Source: Staphylothermus hellenicus DSM 12710
Lineage (GTDB): Archaea > Thermoproteota > Thermoprotei_A > Sulfolobales > Desulfurococcaceae
Reading direction: 5' to 3'
DNA: 32,000 nucleotides
Assembly: GCF_000092465.1 (NCBI RefSeq)
Contig: NC_014205.1
Span: 120,001 to 152,000, forward strand
Below are positions 9,459-18,568 of this stretch, one piece after another; the stretch's first letter is position 1, and each line of letters opens with the position of its first letter. The notes under the pieces are model-generated. The model made no database searches. It was not told the origin of the DNA and worked only from the letters and a program-made list of their open reading frames with translations. Made by a program: the position numbers and the translations under genes.

Positions 9459-11516
9459 CTATGATATATTTGTTTCAACCTTATAAAGGGCAACCATATA
9501 TGTGACATTAAGCGTTGTTGTCCCTGTATCGACAGGGTATAGTGGAAGCATAATTGTTGATACATGCTTAAAGAATTGAGGCGGAGAAACCCCCTCAACC
9601 GGTATAGGAGATAACACATCATTGACAACGCTTAATGATTCCTTTCTCAAAGCATCAACTACTAGTTTGACTAAGAGTGATTGTTTTGTATTATCTTTCC
9701 ATGCAAGAGGTGCTTCGAAATAGGCTCTAGCCTTTGTATAGTCTATATAGGACTGTATAGTAGCATTAATGAGCGATAAGTATAATGGTATTCTCGCTAT
9801 ATCACCTATAGGTTGGTACAATACTTGTGTCTGACCAGGTGTTTGGGAAGGGATCACGATCGGTCTACCTATATGAGCATAGTTAGCTATAGGTGTTGCT
9901 CCTCCCTTCTCGATACTGACAACTTCTGAAACAAGAACATATACATTTATATTGCTATTGTTCCCAACCAGTTTCTTTATTAACTGATAAGCGGTGTTTT
10001 CATCGCTTATCATAATCCATGAAATAATTCTTTGACCCCTTAAACTACCCTTATAATCCGCGAGGGTATGTGCTCTACCACCAATATATCCAACAACCCA
10101 GTAGCTGAATCCCCAATATGATATAATCAATGATTCACGATCTGTATTATTCTTGATATAGCTGAGAGCCTTCAGCAATGGGCTCTCAGGTATTGATTTA
10201 TTGTGGAGTATATCATGTGTAAAATCGCCATAATAGACGCTTGGAGGAGTAGTTATTAACGCATATGAGGGTATAGCGTTACCCAATATGCTTCCAAACA
10301 ATATCCACGCAGCAACAACTATGTAAACCACTCTATACAAGCCTCTACTCGTGCTCGATAAGAAAGATGCTATACTTATTAAACTCAACGATACAAACGG
10401 TACTATACATGATGCAGTAAACACTGTAAGTGTTGGATCAAAATATGAGGCTATCAAACCTATAATGAAGCCAGCTATAAGAACGAACTCTAGGAAGTTA
10501 TTCTTTAGATCAACAAGTATATGGCTGCGGACAACAGCTATGATAGCTATAACAGATAATACACCTATGATGCCGTAATCGTATAGGGGATTATAAAGTC
10601 TATAATAATCCTCATAGACTCCATAACCCGAAATGAAATCAAGTAGTAGAAATGCTGATGCTAACCCAATAGCATAACCCATTATACTGCCAATGATTCT
10701 CCAAGCAAATCTTGAATATTCTCCAACCACACGTGTCACTCTATACTCAATATATCCTATTACAATATTTGATATGAGAAGAACTAAGCTGAAAATATGA
10801 TATACTGTGACATAAAGGAACCCAGTTAAAATATTTAGTGGTAGAGAGAAAACCAGTAGCAGTAACCCGGTCAATAATGATTCGCGGAAAATAGTTCCCT
10901 TATATATAAGGGCTGATAAATAAACAGAATACATCACAGGTATGATCCAAGCACCAGGCCACATAAGCCATAGTATTCCAGACAATATACTGCCTATAAT
11001 AATCAAGTATAATCTATTATGTCTAAGCCCTAAACCTAGAAGTATTGGTACAGCCAGCCATAAAGACTGAGAAACATATGCTCCAAACATATTGTATTTA
11101 AACCAATAAATAAAGGCAGGCACGAAACTGAACAATATAGTTGAGAAACCAGCAACATACATATTTTTATTAGAGATTAGGTACGAAACAGTAAAGACTA
11201 GGAGAATATATACTAGTGATAAAACAACAACGGTTATCCAAGGAGATAGATTCATTTTTACAATAAATAAATCTAAAAGTATTGGAGACAATAACAAGTT
11301 TCTTCCATCAATAAATCTGAGATAAGTATCTGATGCAGGATTATGCCCACTACTTAAGTACTGGATAACATGTAGATGAAACCATGAAACCATATCATCA
11401 GGAATATCTTGATACTGGTTCATATAATAGCTAATCCAGATATAGCCTAAGAAACCGATCGCTAATAAAACAATACCTACAACCACTTCAACAATAAACC
11501 TATTATTCTTCATCAC
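9459..11516 (-). CDS. GT-C fold membrane glycosyltransferase, STT3/AglB-like oligosaccharyltransferase paralogue with a degenerate WWDYG motif
   Basis: 685 aa: a polytopic N-terminal domain of about 430 aa followed by a soluble C-terminal domain. The first loop carries DIPDDMVSWFHLH (compare the DPD..yH loop of AglB). After the last TM helix, ISYWGFSYWVVGYIGG sits where STT3 proteins carry WWDYG. Confidence 0.5.
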   Translation of the reverse strand: MMKNNRFIVEVVVGIVLLAIGFLGYIWISYYMNQYQDIPDDMVSWFHLHVIQYLSSGHNPASDTYLRFIDGRNLLLSPILLDLFIVKMNLSPWITVVVLSLVYILLVFTVSYLISNKNMYVAGFSTILFSFVPAFIYWFKYNMFGAYVSQSLWLAVPILLGLGLRHNRLYLIIIGSILSGILWLMWPGAWIIPVMYSVYLSALIYKGTIFRESLLTGLLLLVFSLPLNILTGFLYVTVYHIFSLVLLISNIVIGYIEYRVTRVVGEYSRFAWRIIGSIMGYAIGLASAFLLLDFISGYGVYEDYYRLYNPLYDYGIIGVLSVIAIIAVVRSHILVDLKNNFLEFVLIAGFIIGLIASYFDPTLTVFTASCIVPFVSLSLISIASFLSSTSRGLYRVVYIVVAAWILFGSILGNAIPSYALITTPPSVYYGDFTHDILHNKSIPESPLLKALSYIKNNTDRESLIISYWGFSYWVVGYIGGRAHTLADYKGSLRGQRIISWIMISDENTAYQLIKKLVGNNSNINVYVLVSEVVSIEKGGATPIANYAHIGRPIVIPSQTPGQTQVLYQPIGDIARIPLYLSLINATIQSYIDYTKARAYFEAPLAWKDNTKQSLLVKLVVDALRKESLSVVNDVLSPIPVEGVSPPQFFKHVSTIMLPLYPVDTGTTTLNVTYMVALYKVETNIS

Positions 11517-11665
11517 TTATCTCCTTCTTCCAAGCTATTATATTACAACTAGTAAATACGAAATAACCATAATAAATTAAAAATTGTTTCCTTCAATAAG
11601 ACAAAACAATTATTTTAATCTCGAAATAGTATTTTTATTCTGTAAGAGCTAAGCTAATAAACAGT

Positions 11666-12061
11666 GTGGTTGGAATGGCTAGGATAAAAAAGGAGTTGTT
11701 GGGTCATCTACTAGAATATGGATATGTAATAGAGAAAGTATCAACGCTTATTCTTGCAATAGTGTTTCTAATAACAATAATTATTATACCAAACTGGTAT
11801 AGAACTTTTCTAAACTATTCTCTTAGTCCCCAATTATACGGCGTCAGATATATTGGAACATCAATATTAATAACCGTGTTAATGCTTGTGAATGCGTTCG
11901 TAGCTTACTTAATACCGCACTTTGCACCATCTCTGAGGCCCAGAGGATTCAGGATGGTGAAGGATCGAAGAACATTATCGATTTATTTAGCCCTCATAGC
12001 TTCTTTGCTATCATTATCAATACTATCATATGTTTTACTAGTATCTCAGTTATTGATGTAG
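11666..12061 (+). CDS. Hypothetical membrane protein (3-4 TM helices)
   Basis: 131-aa ORF with clear hydrophobic segments and no recognisable motif. The likely start is the ATG at 11675. Its 3' end overlaps the convergent GINS-like gene by 12 nt. Confidence 0.4.
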   Translation: MVGMARIKKELLGHLLEYGYVIEKVSTLILAIVFLITIIIIPNWYRTFLNYSLSPQLYGVRYIGTSILITVLMLVNAFVAYLIPHFAPSLRPRGFRMVKDRRTLSIYLALIASLLSLSILSYVLLVSQLLM

Positions 12062-12547
12062 TATCTGCTCCAAATATGGATTAATAAACAATTCTATATT
12101 ACCCTCTATATAATGGATTAATGCTTCCTCAGCATTCATATAAACAATGTCTCCCGGCATATATTTTCTATTTTCAACATAGCATTCCTTCTTACACTTC
12201 ACTATTAATTTATCACCTATTCCGAGAAGAAACTTCGAAATATATAGTTTAGCGAAATCAACTATGCTGTTAATTTTATCCAATATAAACTTATCAATAG
12301 CTTCACCGGGATGATCGCTTCCAAGAGATTTCTTAGCAAGTCTAAGTCTAACCAGTAATTCTGCATCATAAACAATGTTCTCTAAAACTTTATTGAATAA
12401 TTTCTTAGAGTCTTTACTCATATATGCTAAGTCTCCAATATTGTTTTTAATGAACGATTCATATTCTTGGATCTTTGCGGGATGAATTAATGTTATTTTA
12501 TCTGAGCCTATTTCTTCTCTAATTAATCGTAAAAAGACATCATACAT
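12050..12547 (-). CDS. Probable GINS subunit (Gins15/Gins51-like)
   Basis: 165 aa with a helical N-terminal half and a beta-rich C-terminal half (KLIVKCKKECYVENRKYMPGDIVYMNAEEALIHYIEGNIELF). Its start overlaps the priS stop by 8 nt. A gins15 gene adjacent to priS is known from Saccharolobus. The assignment rests mainly on synteny and architecture. Confidence 0.5.
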   Translation of the reverse strand: MYDVFLRLIREEIGSDKITLIHPAKIQEYESFIKNNIGDLAYMSKDSKKLFNKVLENIVYDAELLVRLRLAKKSLGSDHPGEAIDKFILDKINSIVDFAKLYISKFLLGIGDKLIVKCKKECYVENRKYMPGDIVYMNAEEALIHYIEGNIELFINPYLEQILHQ

Positions 12548-13673
12548 TTTTAATCACCAATTTTTCATCACTAACTATTTTTACAATACCTTTTAAAGCA
12601 AGATAAACAGCAGTTTTAGAATCAAAAGATTCTTTCACGCCTCTTTTCAAATTAATTTTTTCGTTAAAAACTTGTAGGCCGGAAACATCTATTAGGGGCT
12701 TAACAATTATGCTTCCATTCCAAGGAGAGAAATCATTTGTGTTAAACATGTAATCCTCTCTTGGCTCTACATGCTTTGTTATTAATCCTGATTTTCCATT
12801 TATGGAGTTTCCAAACCTGGATAATCTAGAAATATCCATTGTAACAACTATGTCTATAGGTATTGCTAGGTCATTGATTATTTCTTCAAGAATTTTAAAG
12901 GGGAGTTTAATAAACAACTTATTTCCATTAACAATATTATTTTTGATCAAATAGTCGAGGACCCTCTTTCTTATTCCGTATTCATTTTTCGTGATTATAA
13001 CGTATTTGTTTCTCTTACCTACTACTGGAAATAATTTGTTAGTATCAAAGTTTTCAAGTGAAATATATGATGCTATTTCCCGTCTTTCATCGCCTCCTAG
13101 ATCCCAGATTTTTTCGTCGATTACTTTTACATGGAATCCTCTGTTTCCCGAAAAGTATATTTTAATATTTTTTAGTCCAAGCTCGTCTTCTAGTATGTAT
13201 TTTATTCTTAATGCGTCTATGTATGCTTTCTGAATACATTCTGTTTTAATTAATGGGTAAATTACTGGTTTAGATCCTGTTTTTGGACACTTCTTTATTT
13301 TTCCCTCATATATTGTGTTTTCTTCTATACATATTGATAATATCTTGCCGCATCCCGGATAATGGTCGGAGTCCAGATCAAACATTAGATCTGATCCTGT
13401 CCATCCCTTGAGTTCCATTTTCTTAATTGATGGCGATTCATAATATGCTGATGAATAATAGAGGTGTAAAGGGGTTTTCTCATTTAATATAAAATTGTAT
13501 AGATGGGTTATTGAGGGAAAAGTTAAATGCCTAATATATGCTTCATCCTCGAGACTATGAATAGCTATTTCTCTCTTATGAATATATAATGGTTCCTCTA
13601 ATGGTTTCTGAGAATAATATTCTCTAAGGATTTTTTTGATGAAAAATTTATTATTCAACTCTTGGCGCGACAT
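12540..13673 (-). CDS. priS: DNA primase small (catalytic) subunit PriS
   Basis: The catalytic motifs DLMFDLDSDH and YFSGNRGFHV of the archaeo-eukaryotic primase family are present. Confidence 0.9.
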   Translation of the reverse strand: MSRQELNNKFFIKKILREYYSQKPLEEPLYIHKREIAIHSLEDEAYIRHLTFPSITHLYNFILNEKTPLHLYYSSAYYESPSIKKMELKGWTGSDLMFDLDSDHYPGCGKILSICIEENTIYEGKIKKCPKTGSKPVIYPLIKTECIQKAYIDALRIKYILEDELGLKNIKIYFSGNRGFHVKVIDEKIWDLGGDERREIASYISLENFDTNKLFPVVGKRNKYVIITKNEYGIRKRVLDYLIKNNIVNGNKLFIKLPFKILEEIINDLAIPIDIVVTMDISRLSRFGNSINGKSGLITKHVEPREDYMFNTNDFSPWNGSIIVKPLIDVSGLQVFNEKINLKRGVKESFDSKTAVYLALKGIVKIVSDEKLVIKNV

Positions 13674-14397
13674 AGAATATTAACCTTCCCTCTTGTGGAA
13701 GAACATATTCGATTTTACATGGAACAGCTGTTGCAAACTCAAATGCTAGTTCTTCAGCTGCTTGTGATGCTCCGGAGATATCTGATAAGTAATCTATGGT
13801 ATATATTGCTCTAGCATCTTCTGAAGCCTCAAAATCTATGAGTGCGCCGTTTTCAACACTTAGCTCTATTTCAGCTTCAACCATGTCCCCTGAGGCTTTC
13901 GCTATAATTTTCTGTTCATCCTTAATAGCTCTAAACTCTATGGCATCACTTATAGGCTCTAATTCCTTAACCACATCCCTAAAAGTTGAAGGCAGCATTT
14001 TAGCTTTAACTGTAAACGGTATTTTTAGCTCGGGTAATTCTTCAGCGATTGTTTCTAGGCTTGGTATTATAAACATTCTTGTTCCACGTCCTAGAAAAAC
14101 TACTGCTAACCTTCCAGCCTCTAGTGTTTGAAGCTCTAGCTCGTCTCCCTTAACAGCTCTTCTCAAAATCTTTGTTAAATCCTCCATATTAACTCCTATA
14201 GTTTCCTCCTTATCGAATTCGTATTCTATTAGTCCTTCGCGTGGGATATGGAAGTCAACCATAACTATTCTTGATGGATCAATGGCTCGGAGCCTGATAC
14301 CGTTTTCCTGGATCTTATATGCTCCCTCATCTATTATTTTACCAATGGCGCTCATAGCATAACGCCAAGCACGAGCATCAGCGAATCTAAGCTTCAT
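13651..14397 (-). CDS. pcn: DNA polymerase sliding clamp PCNA
   Basis: 248 aa. The N-terminus MKLRFADARAWRYAMSAIGKIIDEGAYKIQENGIRLRAIDPSRIVMVDF is typical of archaeal PCNA. GAGGTG lies about 9 nt upstream of the ATG. Confidence 0.9.
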   Translation of the reverse strand: MKLRFADARAWRYAMSAIGKIIDEGAYKIQENGIRLRAIDPSRIVMVDFHIPREGLIEYEFDKEETIGVNMEDLTKILRRAVKGDELELQTLEAGRLAVVFLGRGTRMFIIPSLETIAEELPELKIPFTVKAKMLPSTFRDVVKELEPISDAIEFRAIKDEQKIIAKASGDMVEAEIELSVENGALIDFEASEDARAIYTIDYLSDISGASQAAEELAFEFATAVPCKIEYVLPQEGRLIFYVAPRVE

Positions 14398-14483
14398 AAA
14401 TATAACACCTCGTTTTTGGATAAATATCCAAGTATAAAATTATGTGGTTGAAAGTATTAATTTTATCCATTATCAAAATTTAT

Positions 14484-14654
14484 TTAGCTAAGGGTTTCAA
14501 GTAGTGATTGAACAAGTTCTTTTGCTCTTTTAATAAGTGTTTTCGAAGCTATATATGGTGGGGTAGAATAGTATGCTTCCAATAATAAATCGTTTAGTTG
14601 GTCAAGGGATTTCTCAAACAATTCTCTATCAACACATCTATTATCCCTAGTCAT
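14484..14654 (-). CDS. Small hypothetical protein (56 aa) translationally coupled to tfs
   Basis: Below the track size cutoff. My translation: MTRDNRCVDRELFEKSLDQLNDLLLEAYYSTPPYIASKTLIKRAKELVQSLLETLS. Its ATG (14654-14652) overlaps the TFS TGA (14653-14651) in an ATGA arrangement, and it fills most of an otherwise empty 253-nt gap. Confidence 0.3.
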   Translation of the reverse strand: MTRDNRCVDRELFEKSLDQLNDLLLEAYYSTPPYIASKTLIKRAKELVQSLLETLS

Positions 14655-14998
14655 TCATATTCCCTCCAGACATAACCACATCTTCTACACTTATAGAATC
14701 TTGTGGGTGGTTCGTCAGCAGCTCTTGTTTGAACTACCCAATAATATGCTTCATGGTAACCGCACCTCGGACAAGTTACTTCTCTAGTAATAGGTAGTCC
14801 CCGTAAACGTTCCTCCTCATCCACGACGGTTGTTTTCTCCTTATTGCTATGCTCGATTTTGACGGATATACGGTAAAGTTTTAGATCTTTCTCTGTAGCT
14901 TTTATTTTATATCCGCATCTTGTACATACTAGATAATACGTGTCTCCCTTCTTTACAGGCTTCATTATTCCTCCGCATCGCGGACAAAACTTAGGCAT
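14651..14998 (-). CDS. tfs: Transcription factor S (TFS; RpoM/TFIIS-like cleavage factor)
   Basis: Two Zn ribbons (CPRCGG...CTRCGY and CPRCGY...CRRCGY) and the acidic hairpin QTRAADEPPT, matching the TFIIS/TFS RSADE motif. Confidence 0.9.
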   Translation of the reverse strand: MPKFCPRCGGIMKPVKKGDTYYLVCTRCGYKIKATEKDLKLYRISVKIEHSNKEKTTVVDEEERLRGLPITREVTCPRCGYHEAYYWVVQTRAADEPPTRFYKCRRCGYVWREYE

Positions 14999-15098
14999 TT
15001 TTCCAATCCCTTACTATAGTTTTAGAGATTATACTCCTACTGCTATCCTCTATGAAAATGAAAATAACACCTAAATAATGTTATCTTGTAATGCTTAA

Positions 15099-15341
15099 CT
15101 AGCATTGTATAATAGAACTTGCACCGACTTGTTTTGTCGAGAAATATTTTAAACATTTAAGGATATGCTTGATCATGTTGCAATACGTGTTTTTTAAAAC
15201 CATGTAATTAGAACCCTCCAAAATTCTTAGGCTAGGAAATATTTTCTCATACTTGTTATCATTACAGATTATATAATATGATAGTTCTTCTTTAGTAATT
15301 AGCTTGTTCAATCCATGAATATGATCAATTACTTCTTTCAC
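15099..15341 (-). CDS. Hypothetical 80-aa ORF (doubtful)
   Basis: It is the only ORF in the 450-nt gap between tfs and rpoL, lies in a very AT-rich stretch, and has no motif. It may be spurious or a remnant. Confidence 0.2.
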   Translation of the reverse strand: MKEVIDHIHGLNKLITKEELSYYIICNDNKYEKIFPSLRILEGSNYMVLKNTYCNMIKHILKCLKYFSTKQVGASSIIQC

Positions 15342-15447
15342 ATGAAATATTCTGAGTTCTTCTAAAAATTTCTCCTATACACAGCGTATACATGGGTATT
15401 ATAATTACTTGTATATACTAAGATCCTGGATTCTGGCTTAACCTTAT

Positions 15448-15741
15448 TCATAGTTTTTCCTCGACTTCTTTTTTGAATTCTCTCAAAAACTTACGTATAT
15501 TCTCGGTTATTTCAAGCAATACTTCATTGATGTCAGCCCCTGGTTCTACATCAATCATTATTTCAAGCTTGTTTTGTAGTGGGTGAGGGATCCTATAAGA
15601 AGCATATACTACTTTGGGATGCTTCATTGCTTCTTTAGCAATTAGGTTTCCAAGAGTATCATCTTCCCCTATAATCTCGATAATAATTTCTGTATCGGTT
15701 TTCTTTAATACTTTAAGCTCCATATCCTCTACACCACTCAA
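15448..15741 (-). CDS. rpoL: DNA-directed RNA polymerase subunit L (Rpo11)
   Basis: IIGEDDTLGNLIAKEAMKHPKVVYASYRIPHPL matches the RpoL/Rpb11 GEDHTLGNLL...HP motif. Confidence 0.85.
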   Translation of the reverse strand: MSGVEDMELKVLKKTDTEIIIEIIGEDDTLGNLIAKEAMKHPKVVYASYRIPHPLQNKLEIMIDVEPGADINEVLLEITENIRKFLREFKKEVEEKL

Positions 15742-15744
15742 TAG

Positions 15745-16383
15745 TTACTTAGTCATTACCTTATTAAGAAACTCGCTTATAGCTCTTCTCCACTCCTTTC
15801 CCAACCTATATTTTTCATCTTCATCTTTAAATAATAAGCCGATACTATAAGCCTTCATAATAACTTCTTGAGGATCCATATCTGTGAGAATAGAAGCAGC
15901 CGTTAAGAAGTATTTTGTCGTTGTTCCACGAACATCATACTTGATCTTCTCTATAACATCCCATATATTATCTATTAATTCCTCTATTACCTCTAGTGGT
16001 GCATCAGTGATTATTTCGTCTTTGTAATCGCTTAGATCTGCTTTGAACCCTTTATGCTTTAATATTTCAGATAAGAGTACTGGTGAAAATGTTTTCTTTT
16101 TCTTCTCCACTAAATATTCGATCTTAATTCTCCTAGTACCCTTTTTACTATATTGTTCCGATGCTTTTGCTGATGAAACGAGTCTACGTATGTATTCCCA
16201 TGCATTCCTGATATCTGTTCTATACCCGTACATTTCTATATATAAGCCTGTATCGGTAATATTGATCTCTACAAGTTCTACTTGTGGAGCTTTTTCACGT
16301 ATAAGTTCTGCTAGTTTAAAGCATTCATCGCCTTTGCATGGAATATGGAAGAATCTTTTAGTGAGAGGCATATGGTTGTTCAC
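15745..16383 (-). CDS. Conserved-position hypothetical protein between csl4 and rpoL
   Basis: 212 aa, soluble and charged. Its start overlaps the csl4 stop by 4 nt and it ends 3 nt before rpoL, so it is clearly part of that operon. I recognise no catalytic motif. It may belong to the archaeal DUF-type family found in this position. Confidence 0.5.
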   Translation of the reverse strand: MNNHMPLTKRFFHIPCKGDECFKLAELIREKAPQVELVEINITDTGLYIEMYGYRTDIRNAWEYIRRLVSSAKASEQYSKKGTRRIKIEYLVEKKKKTFSPVLLSEILKHKGFKADLSDYKDEIITDAPLEVIEELIDNIWDVIEKIKYDVRGTTTKYFLTAASILTDMDPQEVIMKAYSIGLLFKDEDEKYRLGKEWRRAISEFLNKVMTK

Positions 16384-16958
16384 CGAAAAACATATGATGC
16401 ACTAATTTTTCTTTTTTCAACATTTCCGCATACAGGACATACGAGTTTATCATCTTGTTTCCTTAATGGTGATCCGCATTTTGTACAGAAAGCCGCGATT
16501 ACTCCTAGTCCTGGCTCCTTAGTTGTTAATTGGAATGGATGATTATTATTTATTACTCGTGCTCTGACAATATCTCCTATTCTCATTGCATCATACATTG
16601 TTTCAATATATTCTGAACTAGCCTGTGATATGTGGAGAATGCCTGTAAAACTAGTTGTTCTCGTGGGTTTCTCTTCTGTAGCATATATATCGATAAAGGC
16701 TAAATCTTCTGATACGCTTGATACGATTCCTTCAACTATATCGCCTACTTTTGGAACATATGGTTTACCATGAACACTCCTAACATTTGTTGTTCTCTTA
16801 ACAATGTCTATTAATACCCTGCCAACTAGTTGGGATCGTAGATATCCCTTACCATTCACATAAACTCCTTGTCCCGGAAAATATTCCTCTTCTACTCCTA
16901 ATACATCTCCGGGTAATACTAGTATTCCTTGCCTAATTTTCTCCATGGCACGCCTCAC
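16380..16958 (-). CDS. csl4: Exosome complex RNA-binding subunit Csl4
   Basis: N-terminal domain, central S1 domain (GDIVEGIVSSVSEDLAFIDI...) and a C-terminal Zn ribbon (CTKCGSPL...CPVCGN), the Csl4 architecture. Confidence 0.85.
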   Translation of the reverse strand: MRRAMEKIRQGILVLPGDVLGVEEEYFPGQGVYVNGKGYLRSQLVGRVLIDIVKRTTNVRSVHGKPYVPKVGDIVEGIVSSVSEDLAFIDIYATEEKPTRTTSFTGILHISQASSEYIETMYDAMRIGDIVRARVINNNHPFQLTTKEPGLGVIAAFCTKCGSPLRKQDDKLVCPVCGNVEKRKISASYVFR

Positions 16959-16959
16959 C

Positions 16960-17595
16960 CTATTGTTTCCTCTTCAAAACGTAAAAGATTACTTTAACTC
17001 TATATATCTTCCTCCTATGTGTTTCGAACAACATGGGTATTGGAAACAATAATTGCTCACTATATATTATTTTGAAACCAAAAGCATTAGCTAGCTCCTC
17101 GATAATCCTGGTTAGCCTTGGCGAATACTTGTGAATAGTATAGATGGATTCTGAAATCTCCATTGCTTTCTTCAAAAACAATATATCTAATCCACGATTT
17201 CTTCTAACCACACCAAATGGAGGATTCATAATAACTGTATCCACTGAATTAATGAATAGATCTCTAATATCACTATTAATCAGCAGTGTTTTAGCCGAAT
17301 AATCCCCGCCAAGATCTCTTAGTATTGATTCTGCTTGTCCAACTAAGGATTCATCAATATCTACACCTACCACAAGCTTTGCCCCTAAGAAAAGCGCTCC
17401 ATAGCCCAGTTTTAGATTACCGCATCCTAGATCAGCTATTTTCTTACCTGTTATATCCTTTCTAATAAATGCATTCCATAACATAGATGCAGCAATTGAT
17501 GAAGGTGTTTCATATTGTTCATATTGTCTTTTAGGATTACTAATGGACGGATACTTACTTAGTATTTTTTCTAGTTTCGCTTTATTTATTAACAA
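16960..17595 (-). CDS. SAM-dependent N6-adenine-type RNA methyltransferase (COG2263/METTL5-like)
   Basis: SAM-binding motif ADLGCGNLKLG, VVGVDID, and the catalytic IMNPPFG tetrad. The position next to csl4 matches the archaeal exosome-associated gene cluster. Confidence 0.8.
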   Translation of the reverse strand: MLINKAKLEKILSKYPSISNPKRQYEQYETPSSIAASMLWNAFIRKDITGKKIADLGCGNLKLGYGALFLGAKLVVGVDIDESLVGQAESILRDLGGDYSAKTLLINSDIRDLFINSVDTVIMNPPFGVVRRNRGLDILFLKKAMEISESIYTIHKYSPRLTRIIEELANAFGFKIIYSEQLLFPIPMLFETHRRKIYRVKVIFYVLKRKQ

Positions 17596-17704
17596 ATATT
17601 TTTCACCAATGCCGAAACAATATTTGTTAAACTAAATATTTATTGATATACTCGTACATATCTATTTTAGAGATAAATTTTCCTGAACTATTAAAGGTGA
17701 GATC

Positions 17705-18565
17705 ATGGATGGTTATGGTGATATTATTAGTTTTCTGTTTTGGCTAATACTATTATATTTGATAATTCATCCACAACTACAATATAAGTCTCTTCAAAGT
17801 GCTAGGTTGAAAATTATACGTGGTATGGAGAAGAAGTATGGTTGGAGAATAATAACGATGATACATAGACAGGAACGAATAGGTTTCTTAGGAATACCAA
17901 TGTATAGATTTATCGATATAGAGGATTCTGAGGCAGTATTGAGAGCAATACGTAATACTCCAGAGAATCAACCAATAGCTTTAATCCTTCACACACCAGG
18001 AGGATTAGTTCTTGCTGCCTCACAAATAGCTATGGCTCTGAAAAGACATAAGGGGAAGAAAATAGTTATTGTGCCACACTATGCTATGAGTGGGGGGACC
18101 CTGATAGCATTAGCTGCTGATGAAATAATAATGGATCCAGACGCTGTTCTAGGACCACTGGATCCCCAGCTCCAAACACCTAAGGGGACATTTCCAGCAC
18201 CTAGCTTAATAAAAATAGCTAAGATGAAGGGAGATAAGGCGAGCGATGATACATTGATTTATGGTGATATTGCGGAGAAAGCTCTACGTGAAATACAAGA
18301 GTTCATAGTTCAGTTATTAAAGGATAAGATGCCAGAGGAGAAAGCTTCTGAAGTTGCCAAAAAACTTACAGAGGGATACTATACGCATGATTATCCAATA
18401 ACAGTTGAGCACGCCAAAGAATTAGGGTTGCCTGTTAAAACAGATGTTCCTCCAGAAGTATATTTGTTGATGAATCTGTATCCGCAGGCAATACAGCAGA
18501 GACCAGGAGTAGAATATATTCCTAGGCCCCACGTCCCATATTATCATGGTAAGCATGAGAAGTGA
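17705..18565 (+). CDS. Membrane-anchored ClpP-fold serine protease (SDH/SppA-NfeD-like)
   Basis: N-terminal TM helix, then LILHTPGGLVLAASQIAMALKRHKGKKIVIVPHYAMSGGTLIALAADEIIMDP, typical of ClpP/crotonase-fold S49-like proteases. Confidence 0.65.
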   Translation: MDGYGDIISFLFWLILLYLIIHPQLQYKSLQSARLKIIRGMEKKYGWRIITMIHRQERIGFLGIPMYRFIDIEDSEAVLRAIRNTPENQPIALILHTPGGLVLAASQIAMALKRHKGKKIVIVPHYAMSGGTLIALAADEIIMDPDAVLGPLDPQLQTPKGTFPAPSLIKIAKMKGDKASDDTLIYGDIAEKALREIQEFIVQLLKDKMPEEKASEVAKKLTEGYYTHDYPITVEHAKELGLPVKTDVPPEVYLLMNLYPQAIQQRPGVEYIPRPHVPYYHGKHEK

Positions 18566-18568
18566 TTT

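Noticed and set aside
9425-9628. 68-codon N-terminal extension of the aIF2-alpha ORF in the track (335 aa, start at 9628).
   Set aside because: The extension overlaps the 3' end of the AglB-like gene (stop at 9459) in another frame and has odd composition (MSMMCYLLYRLRGFLRL...). The canonical aIF2-alpha N-terminus begins at MPIPRKELP, with an SD-like GGGAGGG upstream of the ATG at 9424.
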